DNA of 64,000 bases from Eledone cirrhosa (Eukaryota), in NCBI GenBank assembly GCA_964016885.1, contig OZ024763.1, positions 5,456,001-5,520,000 on the forward strand, written 5' to 3'. Positions 62,591-64,000 of this stretch are shown in pieces; positions within the stretch are counted from its first letter, which is position 1, and every line of letters begins with the position of its first letter. The position numbers and the translations under genes were made by a program. The notes under the pieces were generated by a model that saw only the letters and a list, made by a program, of their open reading frames with translations, ran no database searches and had not been told where the DNA came from.

Positions 62591-64000
62591 GGTGTGGAGC
62601 CTAGGTTTGTGGCTATAGCGATATTTGAACTTTTATATGAAATTTCAATTTTATATTTTTCACATCTTAAAACTTAATCTTACTCTTTTGCAGCTCATCT
62701 TGTTTCATCTCGCAGCACACGATGTGGGAACCAAGACATAAAAACTATTTCAAGGGATCGACATCTGTAAAAAGGCTGAAAAACGCTGCTCAATGTTCTT
62801 TGGTTTTTGTTCACCTTTAAATAATCATGTATAAACTATCGGGTGTTATCTTACAGGGACTAGCTCCAATTGAGAGTTGTACCAATTCCCACTAAACTCA
62901 AAACTCCTGGACAATATATATATATCTTTATAAGTTCCTGTGTATTGTGTCGCTGTATAATGAAAGATAAACATATACCATGCATATCAATCAGGTTGGA
63001 ACTCACTATATTTGGTGTTTTATAGATATAATTTGTTTGTTAAAATAATTGATTAAATAATAACTAAATAAAATTAATTCTACAATCCTGGGTAGGGAAT
63101 GAACTTATAACTTCATAATAGAAGCCACATATTTAAGCAGTCTTGCCAACTAAGCCACCAGGTTACTTACAGAACTTCATTCAAATATAAAGTATTTTAA
63201 TTTAAATAAATAGATACTTATTTATATGATTGTCAATATAAATGCCGCAGAACATACATGCACACATATATGAAAGCAAGCTTGTTTTGAAACCGCAATC
63301 GAAGTTTTAAACAAATTATGACTATATATCGCCAGACATAGTGAGTTCGAATCTTACTGACTAGTTGGTCATTGTCCCAGCCAACAGTTTAAATCGCCAA
63401 CTGGTAGGTGATATCGACTAGGTTGAGAAAACTTGGTTAAGTAGCTCCAGTTATTGCTACGTTAGACATATTCAAGACTTATCGACCCCGAATGGTAGAA
63501 AGGTAAAGAACTGGAAAAAATACTGCAAAGAATTCTATCTGATGTTCTAACAATTCTACCAAATTACCTTATATATATATATTTATATCTAGAGATAAAA
63601 AAAAAAAAAAAAAAGCATGAAACCCTATATGTAACCCCTGACCAGAATTGAACCCCAAACAAGGACTACCACCATCTCTGGTATCTCACACCAGACCATC
63701 AGGAATGCTACAAAAATCTGCTGAATTTAATATTTATAAGCCTACTTTCAATATTAAAGTAATTAACATGTGGTGTTGTTCATGCCTTTCTTAATGTTAT
63801 TGGTAAAAATTAAAGTACTCAAATATCTTTACTTATGTAATTATAAATGTTGCAGAATACACACACATATATATATGTGAAAATATTCAGGACCCCAACG
63901 GCTGTGCTAGTGCCGTTTCGACATTTATATATATATCTTTTAGTCCTAGGCTCTTTCAGTGCAGAAAGAATTCTCCAATGATCACAACCAGCTAATGGTG

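Larger units (their letters stand above)
57609..64000 (+). repeat. Tandem segmental duplication, copy 3 (partial; has an extra ~2.43 kb)
   Basis: Colinear to 59956, resumes at about 62387. Confidence 0.93.

Overview
AT-rich, microsatellite-dense animal genomic DNA, most likely octopus/coleoid cephalopod (inferred from the SINE and RTE-tail repertoire). It holds the last five exons of a perlecan (HSPG2-like; EGF + final laminin-G) gene (431-7953, +) and a complete three-exon Ly6/three-finger GPI-anchored gene (22351-28820, +). Large satellites lie at 9.9-11.0, 11.5-18.6 and 24.5-27.6 kb. TE fragments include Dong/R4, CR1, RTE, CRE-like, Penelope/Neptune, Helitron, hAT MITEs and tRNA-SINEs. From about 32.1 kb to the end is a ~12.75-kb tandem segmental repeat (2.5 copies); the two complete copies each carry two orphan SLC7A/CAT exons and a ~570-bp palindrome with convergent Pol III-like units. 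Most notable: (i) an array of 14 splice-donor units built from the Ly6 signal-peptide exon end, 9 of them AG|GTAAGA acceptor-donor fusions; (ii) several hammerhead-ribozyme motifs, including a family with an extended helix II; (iii) a 7-kb satellite that expanded inside the stop-codon region of a Dong/R4 LINE; (iv) an inversion with both breakpoints readable from split TE proteins. All calls are from manual reading; no searches were run.
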